Shown piece after piece: positions 42,632 to 52,508 of a DNA stretch of 61,958 nucleotides. The stretch comes from an uncultured Bifidobacteriaceae bacterium. Its GTDB lineage: Bacteria; Acidobacteriota; Vicinamibacteria; Vicinamibacterales; CAVVIG01. The stretch is taken from the NCBI GenBank assembly GCA_964579765.1, contig CAZOIK010000267.1, positions 1 to 61,958 of the forward strand, written 5' to 3'. Each line of letters opens with the position of its first letter. Positions within the stretch are counted from its first letter, which is position 1. Made by a program: the position numbers and the translations under genes. The notes below the pieces were generated by a model that saw nothing but the letters and a program-made list of their open reading frames with translations, ran no database searches and had not been told where the DNA came from.

Positions 42632-44529
42632 GCGGCGGCCAGCGCCGCGTCCAGTTCGCGACGCACCGCCGGCCAGTCGGGTCGAAGCCGCAGCGCCCGC
42701 CGATACTCGGCAATCGCGTCGGTCAGGCGCCCCTGCTGCTTCAGGACGAGCGCGAGGCCGTAGTGCGCGTCCGGCAGCGCCGGGTTCAGGCGAACGGCCT
42801 CGCGATATTCCTCGAGCGCCTGGTCGCTCCGTCCCGTCGACTGGAGAAACACCGCGAGGTTGTGATGGCTCATCGCGTCCCGCGGCGCGAGCGCGATCGC
42901 CTTGCGGTATTCGCTGAACGCCTCGTCGAGGCGGCCGGTCTGCTGCGCGATCACGCCAAGACTCCGATAGGCGTTGGCGTAGGTCGGATCGAGCGCGACG
43001 GCCTTCTCGAACCAGTGCCGCGCCTCGTCGAGATTCGATTGCCGCAGCCGTACCGTGCCGAGGTTGTACGCCGCCGCGGCGGAGTCGGGAGCGAGCCGCA
43101 CGACTTCGGCGAAGTGGCGCGCGGCGCCATCCACGTGCCCGGCCTGCGCGTACAGTTCCGCGGCATCGTTGCGCAGCGACACGTCGTCAGGATTCGCCGC
43201 AATCATCGCCTCGTACCCGGCAAGATTCTGATCCTGGATGCTCGCGGCGAGGCTCCTCACCAGCCGGTCGCGATCCGCGGCGTTACGCGGATACACCTGG
43301 AACCACAACTCGGACATCTCGTCAGACGTCCGCTGCCCGAACGTCACCCGCCGCGGCGGCCGTGTCGGATTGACGGGGTTGTCTTCCGAGTTGTCGTAGG
43401 TCCACTTCATCGTGACCGTCGTGCCGGCCGGCAGCGCCACGGGCGTGCGGTATCGATAGACGTCCTGCCAGTTGAAATCCCAGTGGGCGATCGCGATGAG
43501 CGTGCGCTTCGTGCCGTTCGGCAGCGTCGCCACGGCTTCGACGGCGCGCGCCAGGTAGTGCGCGTGGGGCTGCACGGTGTACACGTCGACGCCGACCGGC
43601 AGCCTGTACGAACTGGTCACGACATGCTGGCGCTCGCCTGCCTCGATGACGAAGTCCTGGCGCGTGAGCCGCAGCATCGCCGGCACTCGAGTCGGCGGCG
43701 TCTCGGAGAAGTACAGGCCGACGCTCACCTGCACCGTTTCCGGCTTCCCGCTGGGCCGCAGGTGCAGCATGAGCACGAGATCGCTGCCCTTGTCGATGGG
43801 AAACGACATGTTCTCCGGCGCGACGTACGGCGTGTGGCCGGGGGCCCAATCGAGGAAGAACCCGTCGAGCCTGGTCACCGTGTGGGCGATCAGTCCTTCG
43901 TAGCCAGGCTCGGGGTCCTGCGCGTCGAGCGCGCGCGACGTGCCCGTCGGATCGATCTCCATCGTCGCGTGATGCACGACCCTCGTGTTGCTGACGCGCA
44001 ACTCCCACGCCTTGACGTAGCGCGTGCGCGAGATCGGCACGGGCAGCACGAAATGGCGATACATGTCCTCGCCCGCGGCGCGCAGCGTGTACGGCGCGTC
44101 CATCGCGAGCACGAGATCGGGCTCGCCGAGCGTCCAGGTGCTACTCCACGTCGGCAGGCGCGGCAGCGCCGAGGGGTCGCCTTCGACGGCGCCGCCGTCG
44201 ACCCATCGCTGAATGAGATCGATTTGCGCATCCGTCAGCCGGCGCACGCCTTCGAAATCGCCCGCGCCGGGGTCAGGCTTCCACGGCGGCATGTACCGCC
44301 GCCTGGTGGTGTCCACGATTGCCCGCGCGTGGCGCTTGACCTCGCGATATGTCAGGAGATCGAACGGCGCAGAGCCGCCAGGCCGGTGACAGTCCGCGCA
44401 TTGCGAGAACACAATCGGGGCGATGTCCGCCGTAAAGGTCGGCGGCGCGGGGGGCGCCGCCGCGGCGGACGCAACGGCGCCCCACGCACACGACAGGGCG
44501 GCAAGAAGAATCGCGAACGGTCTGATCAT
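42622..44529 (-). CDS. exported multidomain protein: CxxCH haem-binding N-domain, copper monooxygenase (PHM/DBH)-like middle, C-terminal TPR repeats
   Basis: Internal Met MIRPFAILLAALSCAWG. SQCADCHRPGGSAPF...RYMPPW. His/Met pattern VVHHATM ... LHL ... VQPHAHYLA ... VTMKWTYDN. At least 5 TPR-like repeats (AELYAQAGHVDGAARHFAEVVRLAPD...). Confidence 0.6.
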   Translation of the reverse strand: MIRPFAILLAALSCAWGAVASAAAAPPAPPTFTADIAPIVFSQCADCHRPGGSAPFDLLTYREVKRHARAIVDTTRRRYMPPWKPDPGAGDFEGVRRLTDAQIDLIQRWVDGGAVEGDPSALPRLPTWSSTWTLGEPDLVLAMDAPYTLRAAGEDMYRHFVLPVPISRTRYVKAWELRVSNTRVVHHATMEIDPTGTSRALDAQDPEPGYEGLIAHTVTRLDGFFLDWAPGHTPYVAPENMSFPIDKGSDLVLMLHLRPSGKPETVQVSVGLYFSETPPTRVPAMLRLTRQDFVIEAGERQHVVTSSYRLPVGVDVYTVQPHAHYLARAVEAVATLPNGTKRTLIAIAHWDFNWQDVYRYRTPVALPAGTTVTMKWTYDNSEDNPVNPTRPPRRVTFGQRTSDEMSELWFQVYPRNAADRDRLVRSLAASIQDQNLAGYEAMIAANPDDVSLRNDAAELYAQAGHVDGAARHFAEVVRLAPDSAAAAYNLGTVRLRQSNLDEARHWFEKAVALDPTYANAYRSLGVIAQQTGRLDEAFSEYRKAIALAPRDAMSHHNLAVFLQSTGRSDQALEEYREAVRLNPALPDAHYGLALVLKQQGRLTDAIAEYRRALRLRPDWPAVRRELDAALAAAQR

Positions 44530-44533
44530 CTCC

Positions 44534-45616
44534 TCAGTGCGTCGCTCGCTCGTCGAGCCAGGCGTACAGCCGGCGCACGCCGCGGATATCCGCGCCCGGG
44601 CGCCGGATCGACGGGAAGTCCTTCGCATGCGACGTCAGGTCCATGCGCTCGGCCGCCTGATCGGCTGACACACCCTGCTTCTTCAACTCGGTTCCCTGCC
44701 GGACGACGTCGGTGAGATACGCTTGAAAGGCGGTGATCAGCGCCTTGTCATGGAACGGCGTGCCATGGCCGGGCAGGTCGGTCTGCCAGTCGAGCTTCTT
44801 CAACTCGTCGAGCGTCTTCACCCACTCGTCGAATTGCGCATCGCCCATGTAGGCAATGCCCGATTCCATCAGATCGCCGGTGCAGACGATCTTCTCTTTC
44901 GGCAGATAGACGACGGTGTCGCCGTTCGTGTGGCCGCGGCCGAGGAACAGCAGCCGCACGTCGTGCGGGCCGACCTTCAGATCGAGCCGTTTGGCGTAGG
45001 TCCGCGTCGGCGGCGTCGGTCTGACTTCCTTCAGCGCCTCCCAGCCCTGCTCGGCAGACGCGAGCTGCCGCTCGAGCGTGGCTTTCCTCGCCGGGTCCTG
45101 CGTCTCGCCGATCTGCGTCTTGAGCGCGGCGATTCGGTTCGGCACGTTCGTGAGCTGTGACGTCACGTACGGTTCGCGATGGAGCACGTCGAGCTTCTCG
45201 ATCGCGTACTTGACGTACTCGTGCCCGATGATCTCCGCCGTGCCCGCATACACCTGGTTGCCGTTGGTGTGATCGTAGTGGAAATGCGTGTTCACGACGT
45301 AGCGGACCGGCTTCGGGCTGATGAGCTTCACGTCCTCCACCATGGCGCGCGCCGCCGCCGGCGAGGTTCCCGTGTCCACCACCAGCAGTGAATCGTCGCC
45401 GACGATGACGACGTTGTTGCTGCCGGTCGCCATCGTGCCCCCCGACGTCGCGTAGAACACGCCGTCGGCAATCTTCTCGAACTTGTACGCGTGCCCGGTG
45501 ATGACCGGGCCGGACGGCGGCGCGGCTGACTGGCCGCGCTGGGCCGTCGCGACGTGCCCGAGCGACAGCGTCGCGGCCAACCCGACGAGTGCGGCGATCT
45601 TGCGTGTGGTTGTCAT
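44534..45616 (-). CDS. exported metallo-beta-lactamase-fold hydrolase
   Basis: Internal Met MTTTRKIAALVGLAATLSLG. VNTHFHYDHTNGN motif and GRGHTNGD. Confidence 0.8.
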   Translation of the reverse strand: MTTTRKIAALVGLAATLSLGHVATAQRGQSAAPPSGPVITGHAYKFEKIADGVFYATSGGTMATGSNNVVIVGDDSLLVVDTGTSPAAARAMVEDVKLISPKPVRYVVNTHFHYDHTNGNQVYAGTAEIIGHEYVKYAIEKLDVLHREPYVTSQLTNVPNRIAALKTQIGETQDPARKATLERQLASAEQGWEALKEVRPTPPTRTYAKRLDLKVGPHDVRLLFLGRGHTNGDTVVYLPKEKIVCTGDLMESGIAYMGDAQFDEWVKTLDELKKLDWQTDLPGHGTPFHDKALITAFQAYLTDVVRQGTELKKQGVSADQAAERMDLTSHAKDFPSIRRPGADIRGVRRLYAWLDERATH

Positions 45617-45642
45617 AGGTGCACTCCAGAGATGCAGACACG

Positions 45643-45664
45643 AAAGGCGGCCGCAGCCGCCCTT
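45643..45664 (-). terminator. possible hairpin terminator after the TonB receptor gene
   Basis: AAAGGCGGC-CGCA-GCCGCCCTT (bulged 8-9 bp stem) with only a weak T-tract on the minus strand. Confidence 0.3.
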
Positions 45665-45698
45665 CGTGTGCAAACGTGACAGGACTCCGCGCCCCGCG

Positions 45699-48545
45699 TC
45701 AATACGTGATCGTCACCCCGATGCGGACGAGGCGGCCCGGCAGGATGGCCGTGACGCGGTCGAGCGTCGGCCCGTAGGAATTGATCTGCGCGGTGACTGG
45801 GCTCGCGTTGAGCGCGTTGAAGATCCCGAGCTCGGGTCGAACGTTGATCCCATGGGCGCGAACGGTCTTCGAGAAATTGAGATCGACCTGATTCACCCTG
45901 TCGAGAAACACGGTGTTCGGCGGCACGAGCGGCGTCGTGACCGATGCCTGCGTCAGCCCGGGCACCTGGGCGCGCGTCACCACGTACGTGATCGACCGCG
46001 CGTTGCCGGGAATGCTCTGAATCACCGCGCTGGCGCGGATGTCGTACGGCAGCACGAACGTGCCGGACAGCCGCGCGAGCGTTCTGAAGGGCACGTCGTA
46101 CGTGGTCTGGTCGCAGAAGCGCTGGCTGTTCGGATCCTGGACGTCGCAGATTGTGGCGATGGTCCGCCCTGTGGACGTCCCGCCGTTCAACGTCACGCTG
46201 CGCCACCGGACGTTGAGGGTGACGTCGACTCCAGAGTAGTGCTGGCGGTTGTTCGACGAGTTGGAGTCGAGCAGGTTGACGCCGCCGAGCGCAGACGGCA
46301 GCAAGTTGTAGATCGGGATCGTCTCTCCGGCGACCAGCGGGTTCGCCACGGACGCGAGCGTGTACGACGAGAACGGCGCCGCCAGGTTCTGCGTGTAGAT
46401 CAGATCGTAGAAGTTCCGACGGTTGTAGCTGACCGACACGCCGACGCCGTTGCGGATCTCGTGCTGCACCGCGATGTCGAACACCCACTGATGCGGCCGG
46501 TTGATGTTCGGATCGAAGGTCTGATTCTGCTTGATGCCGAAGTTCCGGTTGCTCGTCGGACCGAGTTCGTTCTCTTCCGCGATGTCGTCGTGATTCAGGT
46601 CGTTCCAGGTGCGGACGTCGGTTGAGATGAAGACCGGGTTGTACGTCGCGGCGAACCCGGTGCCCTGCGACTGCACGTAGGAACCGAGCGTCCCCTTGAT
46701 CGCCGTCTTCCCGGTGCCGAACAGATCCCACGACACGCCGAGGCGCGGCGACACGTTCTTCCAACTGACCAGATCCGGAATGGCCGCGAACTGGCGCTCG
46801 GGCACGAAGCGCCCGGCGAGCACTGTCTGCGCCGGAATCGACGTGCGGAAGTAGTCGAAGCGAACGCCAGGACTCAGCGTCACGCGGCTCTTCGTCCACA
46901 CGTCCTGCACGTACAGGCCGAGATCGGCGTCGACGTTGTTCTGGAACGTCGTCGGCGTGTTGAAGACCGTCACCTGCGTCGCGACGCCGTTGCGGTACTG
47001 CTGGTTCAGGTCGCCGTTGATGCCGGAGCGCGTGTCGCGTTGCCAGCCGAACCGATCCTGCACGCCCACTTTGAGCGCGTGCGAACCGGTCACGTACGAC
47101 AGCGAGGAGACCACGTAGTGGCTCATCGTCGGCATCAGCTCGGGTCCGGTCTGGACGCCGGTGCCGGTGACGGCGGCGACGGTCTGGGTGCCGAGGACGA
47201 GGTCCTGGTGCGCGATGCTTCCGTAGCCGGTGCCGGACGGGCACAGGTTGTACGCCGTATGACAGAGGCCGATGATCACCTGCGGCTCGTACTGATACTT
47301 CGCGTTGTTGAAGGTCTGGTTGTAGCCGGCTTCGAACAGCAGGTGGCTGGTGATCGTCGAGGTCCATCGCCCCTGCGCGATGTGCTGCGCCGGCTGCGAC
47401 TGCGTGAGGCTCGCCTCGGGCGCGATGGTGCCGGACAGGTTGGCGTGCCCGCGGACCTTGTCGGACCAGTCGAACATGGCGGTGAACTTGTTCTTCGGGG
47501 TGACCTGCGTCGTCACGCGCCCGATGAACGCTTTGATGTTGTTGTCGTCGACCGCCTGCGTGCCGTCGGCATTCACGGCGCCGCCCACGTAGTTGTTGTA
47601 CGCCCAGTTGCGCCCGGAGAGGAAGAACCAGAGGCGATCCTTCTTGAGAGGCCCGCTCACGGTGTAGTTGATGTCGTACTGCCGGTACAGCTTCGCCGGC
47701 AGCGTGAAGCCGCGCGCCGCGAGATCGGCGTTGGTGTTCTGGCTCGACAGATTCGTGTTCGCGAAGTTGCTGAGGAACTCCACGTCGTACTTGTTGCCGC
47801 CGGTCTTCGGAATCCGGTTCACCAGCACGCCGGACAGCTGGTTCTCCGCCGCGCCGCCGCTCACCTGCACCGCGATTTCCTGCGTCTGCGCCTCGTTGTC
47901 GTACACGCACGAGCACTGGCCGCCCGAGAACATCGCGTCGGCGACCATGCCGTCGATGAGCGTGCGCGAATCGCCGTTGAGCGAGCCGTGCACCGTCAGG
48001 CTGCCACCGACCCACATCGTCGTCGAGCCGCCGACGTCGTACTGGCCGGTCAGCACGGCGGGCACCGTGCCGGCCATGGTCACGAAGTTGCGTCCCGTCG
48101 GCAGCGACTGGAGCAGCTCGTTGTTGACCACCTCGCGCCGCTGGCTCGACTGCACGTCGACGATCGGCGTCTCGCCGGTGACGGTGATGCTCTGCTCGAT
48201 GTTCCCGACCGCCATCTCGACGTTCAGCGGCGCGACGAAGTTCGACTCGAGCACGATGCCCTGGCGGACGACCGTGTTGAAGCCCGCGAGCGTGAACGTC
48301 ACGCTGTACGTGCCCGGACGCAGATCGACGAGGCGATACTGCCCCGTTTCGTTCGTGACGCCCGTGCGGGTCTTTTCAATCAGCGCCGGACTGCTGGCTT
48401 CGACCGTGACACCGGGAAGCACGGCGCCGCTGGAATCGCGCACCACGCCCGCGATGGCGCTCTGGCCGGTCGTTTGCGCGAACAGCGCCGCCGGCGCCCA
48501 GAGGGCGAACACGAGACCCAAACTTCCCCTCAGTAGTCTTGGCAT
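45699..48545 (-). CDS. TonB-dependent receptor with N-terminal carboxypeptidase-regulatory-like domain
   Basis: Signal plus GVVRDSSGAVLPGVTVEASSPALIEKTRTGVTNETGQYRLVDLRPGTYSVTFTLAGF. It is a long beta-barrel with the terminal ...RLVRIGVTITY. Confidence 0.9.
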   Translation of the reverse strand: MPRLLRGSLGLVFALWAPAALFAQTTGQSAIAGVVRDSSGAVLPGVTVEASSPALIEKTRTGVTNETGQYRLVDLRPGTYSVTFTLAGFNTVVRQGIVLESNFVAPLNVEMAVGNIEQSITVTGETPIVDVQSSQRREVVNNELLQSLPTGRNFVTMAGTVPAVLTGQYDVGGSTTMWVGGSLTVHGSLNGDSRTLIDGMVADAMFSGGQCSCVYDNEAQTQEIAVQVSGGAAENQLSGVLVNRIPKTGGNKYDVEFLSNFANTNLSSQNTNADLAARGFTLPAKLYRQYDINYTVSGPLKKDRLWFFLSGRNWAYNNYVGGAVNADGTQAVDDNNIKAFIGRVTTQVTPKNKFTAMFDWSDKVRGHANLSGTIAPEASLTQSQPAQHIAQGRWTSTITSHLLFEAGYNQTFNNAKYQYEPQVIIGLCHTAYNLCPSGTGYGSIAHQDLVLGTQTVAAVTGTGVQTGPELMPTMSHYVVSSLSYVTGSHALKVGVQDRFGWQRDTRSGINGDLNQQYRNGVATQVTVFNTPTTFQNNVDADLGLYVQDVWTKSRVTLSPGVRFDYFRTSIPAQTVLAGRFVPERQFAAIPDLVSWKNVSPRLGVSWDLFGTGKTAIKGTLGSYVQSQGTGFAATYNPVFISTDVRTWNDLNHDDIAEENELGPTSNRNFGIKQNQTFDPNINRPHQWVFDIAVQHEIRNGVGVSVSYNRRNFYDLIYTQNLAAPFSSYTLASVANPLVAGETIPIYNLLPSALGGVNLLDSNSSNNRQHYSGVDVTLNVRWRSVTLNGGTSTGRTIATICDVQDPNSQRFCDQTTYDVPFRTLARLSGTFVLPYDIRASAVIQSIPGNARSITYVVTRAQVPGLTQASVTTPLVPPNTVFLDRVNQVDLNFSKTVRAHGINVRPELGIFNALNASPVTAQINSYGPTLDRVTAILPGRLVRIGVTITY

Positions 48546-48573
48546 TCTCCAATCCCTTCTATAGGTAAACGAA

Positions 48574-50085
48574 CTAGCTCCTGGTGTTCAGCGTCAAGTG
48601 CACGAGCGCGTCCGCGCGCTGCTCGCCCTCGAGCGCGCGGCAGGCGCCAATCAACTGCTCGAACTGCGCGGGCGCCATCGACAGCCCGGGCACAATCGCC
48701 CGAATGCGCCGGGCCTCTTCCTCGAAATCCCAGATGAACTCGCGTCCCGTCGCCTGCTTCGTGAAGCTCCGGCCGTCTTTGAGCACGATGGTGATCCGCG
48801 GTCCGAAGAGCGTCATCCGGTGTGACGGGATGATGCGAACGCGTTTCATCAGCTCGAGCACCGCCGGCGGATCCGGCGTGCCGGGGAGCATGGGGTAGCC
48901 GCGCGTCACGACGGCGTACGCGCTGTAATAGCGCGTGCTCCCGCGCCGCGGGGCGTCGGTGGTGTCTTCGCGCTGCGTGGGAAACGCCGGGCTGGGATAC
49001 TGCGTCTCGAGCCAGTTCACGACGGCTTCGACGTAGTCGACGTCCTCGTACCGGATGTCGTGCTCCTCGCACAGCTTCGCGGTCACGTCGATGTGGGCGA
49101 TGTTGTATCCGGGAATCGAGTAGATCCGGTACAGCGTCTCGAGCAGCATCCAGTCGGCGCCGAGATGGTCGGTGAGCTTCTGCAGCGACGTGTGCGTGTC
49201 GCCGGTGAAGCTGTACGTCAGCTCGCCGGTGTTGTTGCCCGCGTAGGCGCGATAGAACCCTGCCGGGCCCTCCAGCACCGCGTCGCCGCCGCCGATCGTG
49301 CCGTGGCGCGCAAGGCCGACCGCGAGCATCGCGTTCCGCGCCGCCGCGCCCTCGCGCAGCGCCCGGCTCTCGAGATTGCTGCCCGCCAGGTTCGTGCAGA
49401 GCGAGATCACCGCGTGCAGTTGATCGGCGGTGAAGCCCATGATCTTCGCCGCCGCGACCGCGGCGCCAAACAGGCTGAACACGGGACCCGCATGAAAGCC
49501 CCGCGCCATGACCGTCGGAATCCAGTCGCCGCCCATGCGTTCCATCACCTCGTAGCCCGCGGCAACGCCCGTGATGAAGTCGCGCCCGGATGCGCCCTCA
49601 GTCTCCGCGGCGGCCAGCGCGGCGGGGATGATCACCGTGCCCGGATGCGTCAGCATCCGGAAGGTGTCCCATTTGCCGCCCGCATACATCATTTCGGAGT
49701 TGGCGAAGGCCGCGCCGCCGGTCGTGACGCGCTGCCCCGACGCGATCAGCGTGGCGCCCCGCGCGACGCCGCTCTCTTCGTCGAGGATGAACTGCGCCGC
49801 CTGCTGCCCCGACGCGGTCCGCGATCCGAGCAGCGCAGAAGAGATGTTCTGGAGCGTGAGGCCCTTCACGCGATCGACGACGCCGGCCGGCAGATCGTCA
49901 TAGCGGAGGCCGGCCACCCAGCGGGCGAACTGCCGGCTGAGCGACGGCGAGGAGGACGGGGCCGGTCGCGTCCGCTGCTGCGGCACGCCCGCCAGCGCCG
50001 ACACCGGCGCCGCAAGCAGCCCGGCCGCTGCCGACGCCGAGGTCCGAAGGAAGCGCCTGCGATCGCAGTGGAACACGGCTGCCAT
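48574..50085 (-). CDS. MmgE/PrpD-family protein with twin-arginine signal peptide
   Basis: MAAVFHCDRRRFLRTSASAAAGLLAAPVSALAG, then FARWVAGLRYDDLPAGVVDRVKGLTLQNISSAL..., a typical MmgE/PrpD N-domain. Confidence 0.8.
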   Translation of the reverse strand: MAAVFHCDRRRFLRTSASAAAGLLAAPVSALAGVPQQRTRPAPSSSPSLSRQFARWVAGLRYDDLPAGVVDRVKGLTLQNISSALLGSRTASGQQAAQFILDEESGVARGATLIASGQRVTTGGAAFANSEMMYAGGKWDTFRMLTHPGTVIIPAALAAAETEGASGRDFITGVAAGYEVMERMGGDWIPTVMARGFHAGPVFSLFGAAVAAAKIMGFTADQLHAVISLCTNLAGSNLESRALREGAAARNAMLAVGLARHGTIGGGDAVLEGPAGFYRAYAGNNTGELTYSFTGDTHTSLQKLTDHLGADWMLLETLYRIYSIPGYNIAHIDVTAKLCEEHDIRYEDVDYVEAVVNWLETQYPSPAFPTQREDTTDAPRRGSTRYYSAYAVVTRGYPMLPGTPDPPAVLELMKRVRIIPSHRMTLFGPRITIVLKDGRSFTKQATGREFIWDFEEEARRIRAIVPGLSMAPAQFEQLIGACRALEGEQRADALVHLTLNTRS

Positions 50086-50088
50086 CGT

Positions 50089-51729
50089 CTACGGCCGAAG
50101 CGCGAATGCGTACAGCGAGCTGCCTGCACACACCGCGATGAATTGACGTCCGTCGACCGAGTAGGACACCGGACTCGATTGCACCGGCCCGCCGGCGGTA
50201 AAAGTCCACAACAGCGCGCCGCTGCGCGCATCGAGCGCGTAGACGTACCCTTCGCGTCCGCCGCTGAACAGGAGATCCGTCGCGGTCGTCAGGACGCCGG
50301 CTTCGGTGAAGTCGGTCATCTTGAACTCCCACTTGCGCCGTCCCGTGAGTGGATCGATCGCGAGGACGGCGCCGTACCCTTCTTCGTCCATGCGGAGGTT
50401 GTTCGTGGCCGTCCGCAGTCCCTGTGCGTCGGTCGCGCGGCCCTCGCCGCCGCCGAAATACTGGCCTTCGATGTACGTCTGCGGTCGCTTGATGAAGATC
50501 GATCCGTAGTTCACCCACGCCGGGACGTAGAACAGACCCGTACGGGGGCTATAGGAAGGGCTGTACCAGTTGGTCGCCCCCTGATTCCCCGGGAACACGA
50601 GCGTGCCGAGCGGCGTGGCCTCCTGACCCGGCACTCGCTTCGGCCGCCCCTTCTCGTCGAACCCGTCGGCCCATGTCACGCGCACGAACGGGGTGCCCGA
50701 CAGGAACTCGCCGCTCAGGCGATCGAGCACGTAGAAGAAGCCATTTCGATTGGCCCAGAGCATCACCTTGCGCGGCTGTCCGCGCCAGCGAACCTCCGCC
50801 AGCACCGGCACCTGCACCGCATCCTGATCGAACTCGTCGTGCGGGGAAAACTGATAGTGCCACTTCAACTGCCCCGTGTCCGGGTCGAGCGCGACGACCG
50901 ACGCCGTGTACAGGTTGTCGCCGGGCCGCGACTCTCCATTCCGATCCGGCCCCGCGTTGCCGATGCCCCAGTACGTCAGGTTCGCATCGGGATCGTACGA
51001 GCCCGTCACCCAAATCGAGCCGCCGCCGGTCTTCCACGAGTCGCCGCCCCAGCTCTCGCGTCCGGGCTCGCCGGGCCCCGCGACGGTCGAGAACCGCCAG
51101 ACTTCCTTGCCGGTCTTCGCGTCGAAGGCGGCCAGAAACCCGCGAATGCCGTACTCGCCGCCCGCCGGCCCGACGATCACTTTGTCTTTGACAACGAGCG
51201 GCGCGAGCGTCAGCGAGTAGCCGGCCTCGGGCCGTGAAAGCTTCACGTCCCACACGAGTCGTCCGGTTTTGTCGTCGACGGCGATCAGATGTCCGTCGAT
51301 GGTGCCCATGAACAGCGTGTCGCCGAGGATGGCGAGTCCGCGATTCACGCGCCCGCAGCACAATCTCGAGAGTGGCGATGGGCGATGCGAGTAGCTCCAG
51401 TAGACGCGGCCCGTCGCCGCATCGAGCGCCACGATGTCGTTGGGCGCCTGGACCGTATACATGACGCCGTCGACGACCAGCGGGCTGGCCTCGAACTTCT
51501 CGAGCGACCGTGCCTGGAACACCCACTCGGGTCCGAGCCGCCGCACGTTATCCGGCGTGATCTGGGACAGCGTGGTGTACCGCTCGCTGCGGAAACTGCC
51601 GGAATACGTCAGCCAGTTCTGCGGCTCGCGGTCCGCGTGCAGCAGACGGTCGAACGACACCTGCGCGTGCAGGGATGCGCCGGCGAGCAGCGCGGCGAAG
51701 ACGGATGCCGCCGTGCGCGTGCTCCTCAC
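50089..51729 (-). CDS. PQQ-dependent alcohol dehydrogenase (type I quinoprotein-like), exported
   Basis: GTG at 51729 overlaps the upstream TGA (GTGA). NWLTYSGSFRSERYTTLSQI..., vicinal Cys LCCGRVNRGLA, and propeller repeats (ALDAATGRVYWSY, AVDDKTGRLVWDV, ALDPDTGQLKWHY, ALDARSGALLWTF). Confidence 0.85.
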   Translation of the reverse strand: MRSTRTAASVFAALLAGASLHAQVSFDRLLHADREPQNWLTYSGSFRSERYTTLSQITPDNVRRLGPEWVFQARSLEKFEASPLVVDGVMYTVQAPNDIVALDAATGRVYWSYSHRPSPLSRLCCGRVNRGLAILGDTLFMGTIDGHLIAVDDKTGRLVWDVKLSRPEAGYSLTLAPLVVKDKVIVGPAGGEYGIRGFLAAFDAKTGKEVWRFSTVAGPGEPGRESWGGDSWKTGGGSIWVTGSYDPDANLTYWGIGNAGPDRNGESRPGDNLYTASVVALDPDTGQLKWHYQFSPHDEFDQDAVQVPVLAEVRWRGQPRKVMLWANRNGFFYVLDRLSGEFLSGTPFVRVTWADGFDEKGRPKRVPGQEATPLGTLVFPGNQGATNWYSPSYSPRTGLFYVPAWVNYGSIFIKRPQTYIEGQYFGGGEGRATDAQGLRTATNNLRMDEEGYGAVLAIDPLTGRRKWEFKMTDFTEAGVLTTATDLLFSGGREGYVYALDARSGALLWTFTAGGPVQSSPVSYSVDGRQFIAVCAGSSLYAFALRP

Positions 51730-52508
51730 CGTGCCGCTCCCGTCCCCTTGAGCGTCGCCAGGTAGCCGACGAGATCGGCGATCTCGTCGGGCGTCAACTT
51801 CCCCCGGTACGAGGTCTTTGGTGACGCCTCGACAATCGTCAGCTCGCGCAGACTGCGCGTCGCGAACGTCCGGAGCTGCTCGCGCGTATCGAGCACCTGC
51901 ACGGTCAGCATGTCGTGATTGAGCAGCCGTCCCGTCACCGTCTGCCCGTCGCGGGTGACGAGCCGCACGCCGCGATTCTGCGGACGCACGGTCGGCGCCG
52001 GATCCAGCAGCGCCTTTTCGAGTTCGGCCGTCCGGCGGATGCGCCCGACCTCGCTGATGTCGATGCCGAGCCGCGGCCCCTCGCCGTTCACGCTGTGGCA
52101 CGTCAGGCACTGCCCCTTGCCCTCGAACAACGCCCGGCCGCGCCGCGCGTCGCCGCGCGCGACGGTTGCCTGCCTCGATGCGGCCTGCGTGCGAAGGAAG
52201 GCGACAATCTGCGTCGCCGCCGTATTCGAGTAGTTCCCCGGCGGCATCGCCGTGCCCGGAATGCCGCGGCGGATGATGTCGATCAGCTCGCCGTCCGACG
52301 ACGCGCGCCTGAACTGCCCGTGTTCGAGATCGACCCCGGGCACGACGTCACCGTCGGGCCCGTGGCAGTTCGCGCACGAGTTCATGAAGAGACGCTCCCC
52401 GTCCTGCGCGTCGGCCGGCGAGTAGGCCGGCGCCTGCGCGGCGGCCACGCCCGCGAGACACAACGTCGCGACGACGGCGAACGCCCACTCAGCGCACGTC
52501 GTGGTCAT
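51726..52508 (-). CDS. dihaem c-type cytochrome
   Basis: Signal MTTTCAEWAFAVVATLCLAGVAAAQA and two CxxCH motifs (CANCHG, CLTCHS). Confidence 0.85.
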   Translation of the reverse strand: MTTTCAEWAFAVVATLCLAGVAAAQAPAYSPADAQDGERLFMNSCANCHGPDGDVVPGVDLEHGQFRRASSDGELIDIIRRGIPGTAMPPGNYSNTAATQIVAFLRTQAASRQATVARGDARRGRALFEGKGQCLTCHSVNGEGPRLGIDISEVGRIRRTAELEKALLDPAPTVRPQNRGVRLVTRDGQTVTGRLLNHDMLTVQVLDTREQLRTFATRSLRELTIVEASPKTSYRGKLTPDEIADLVGYLATLKGTGAAR

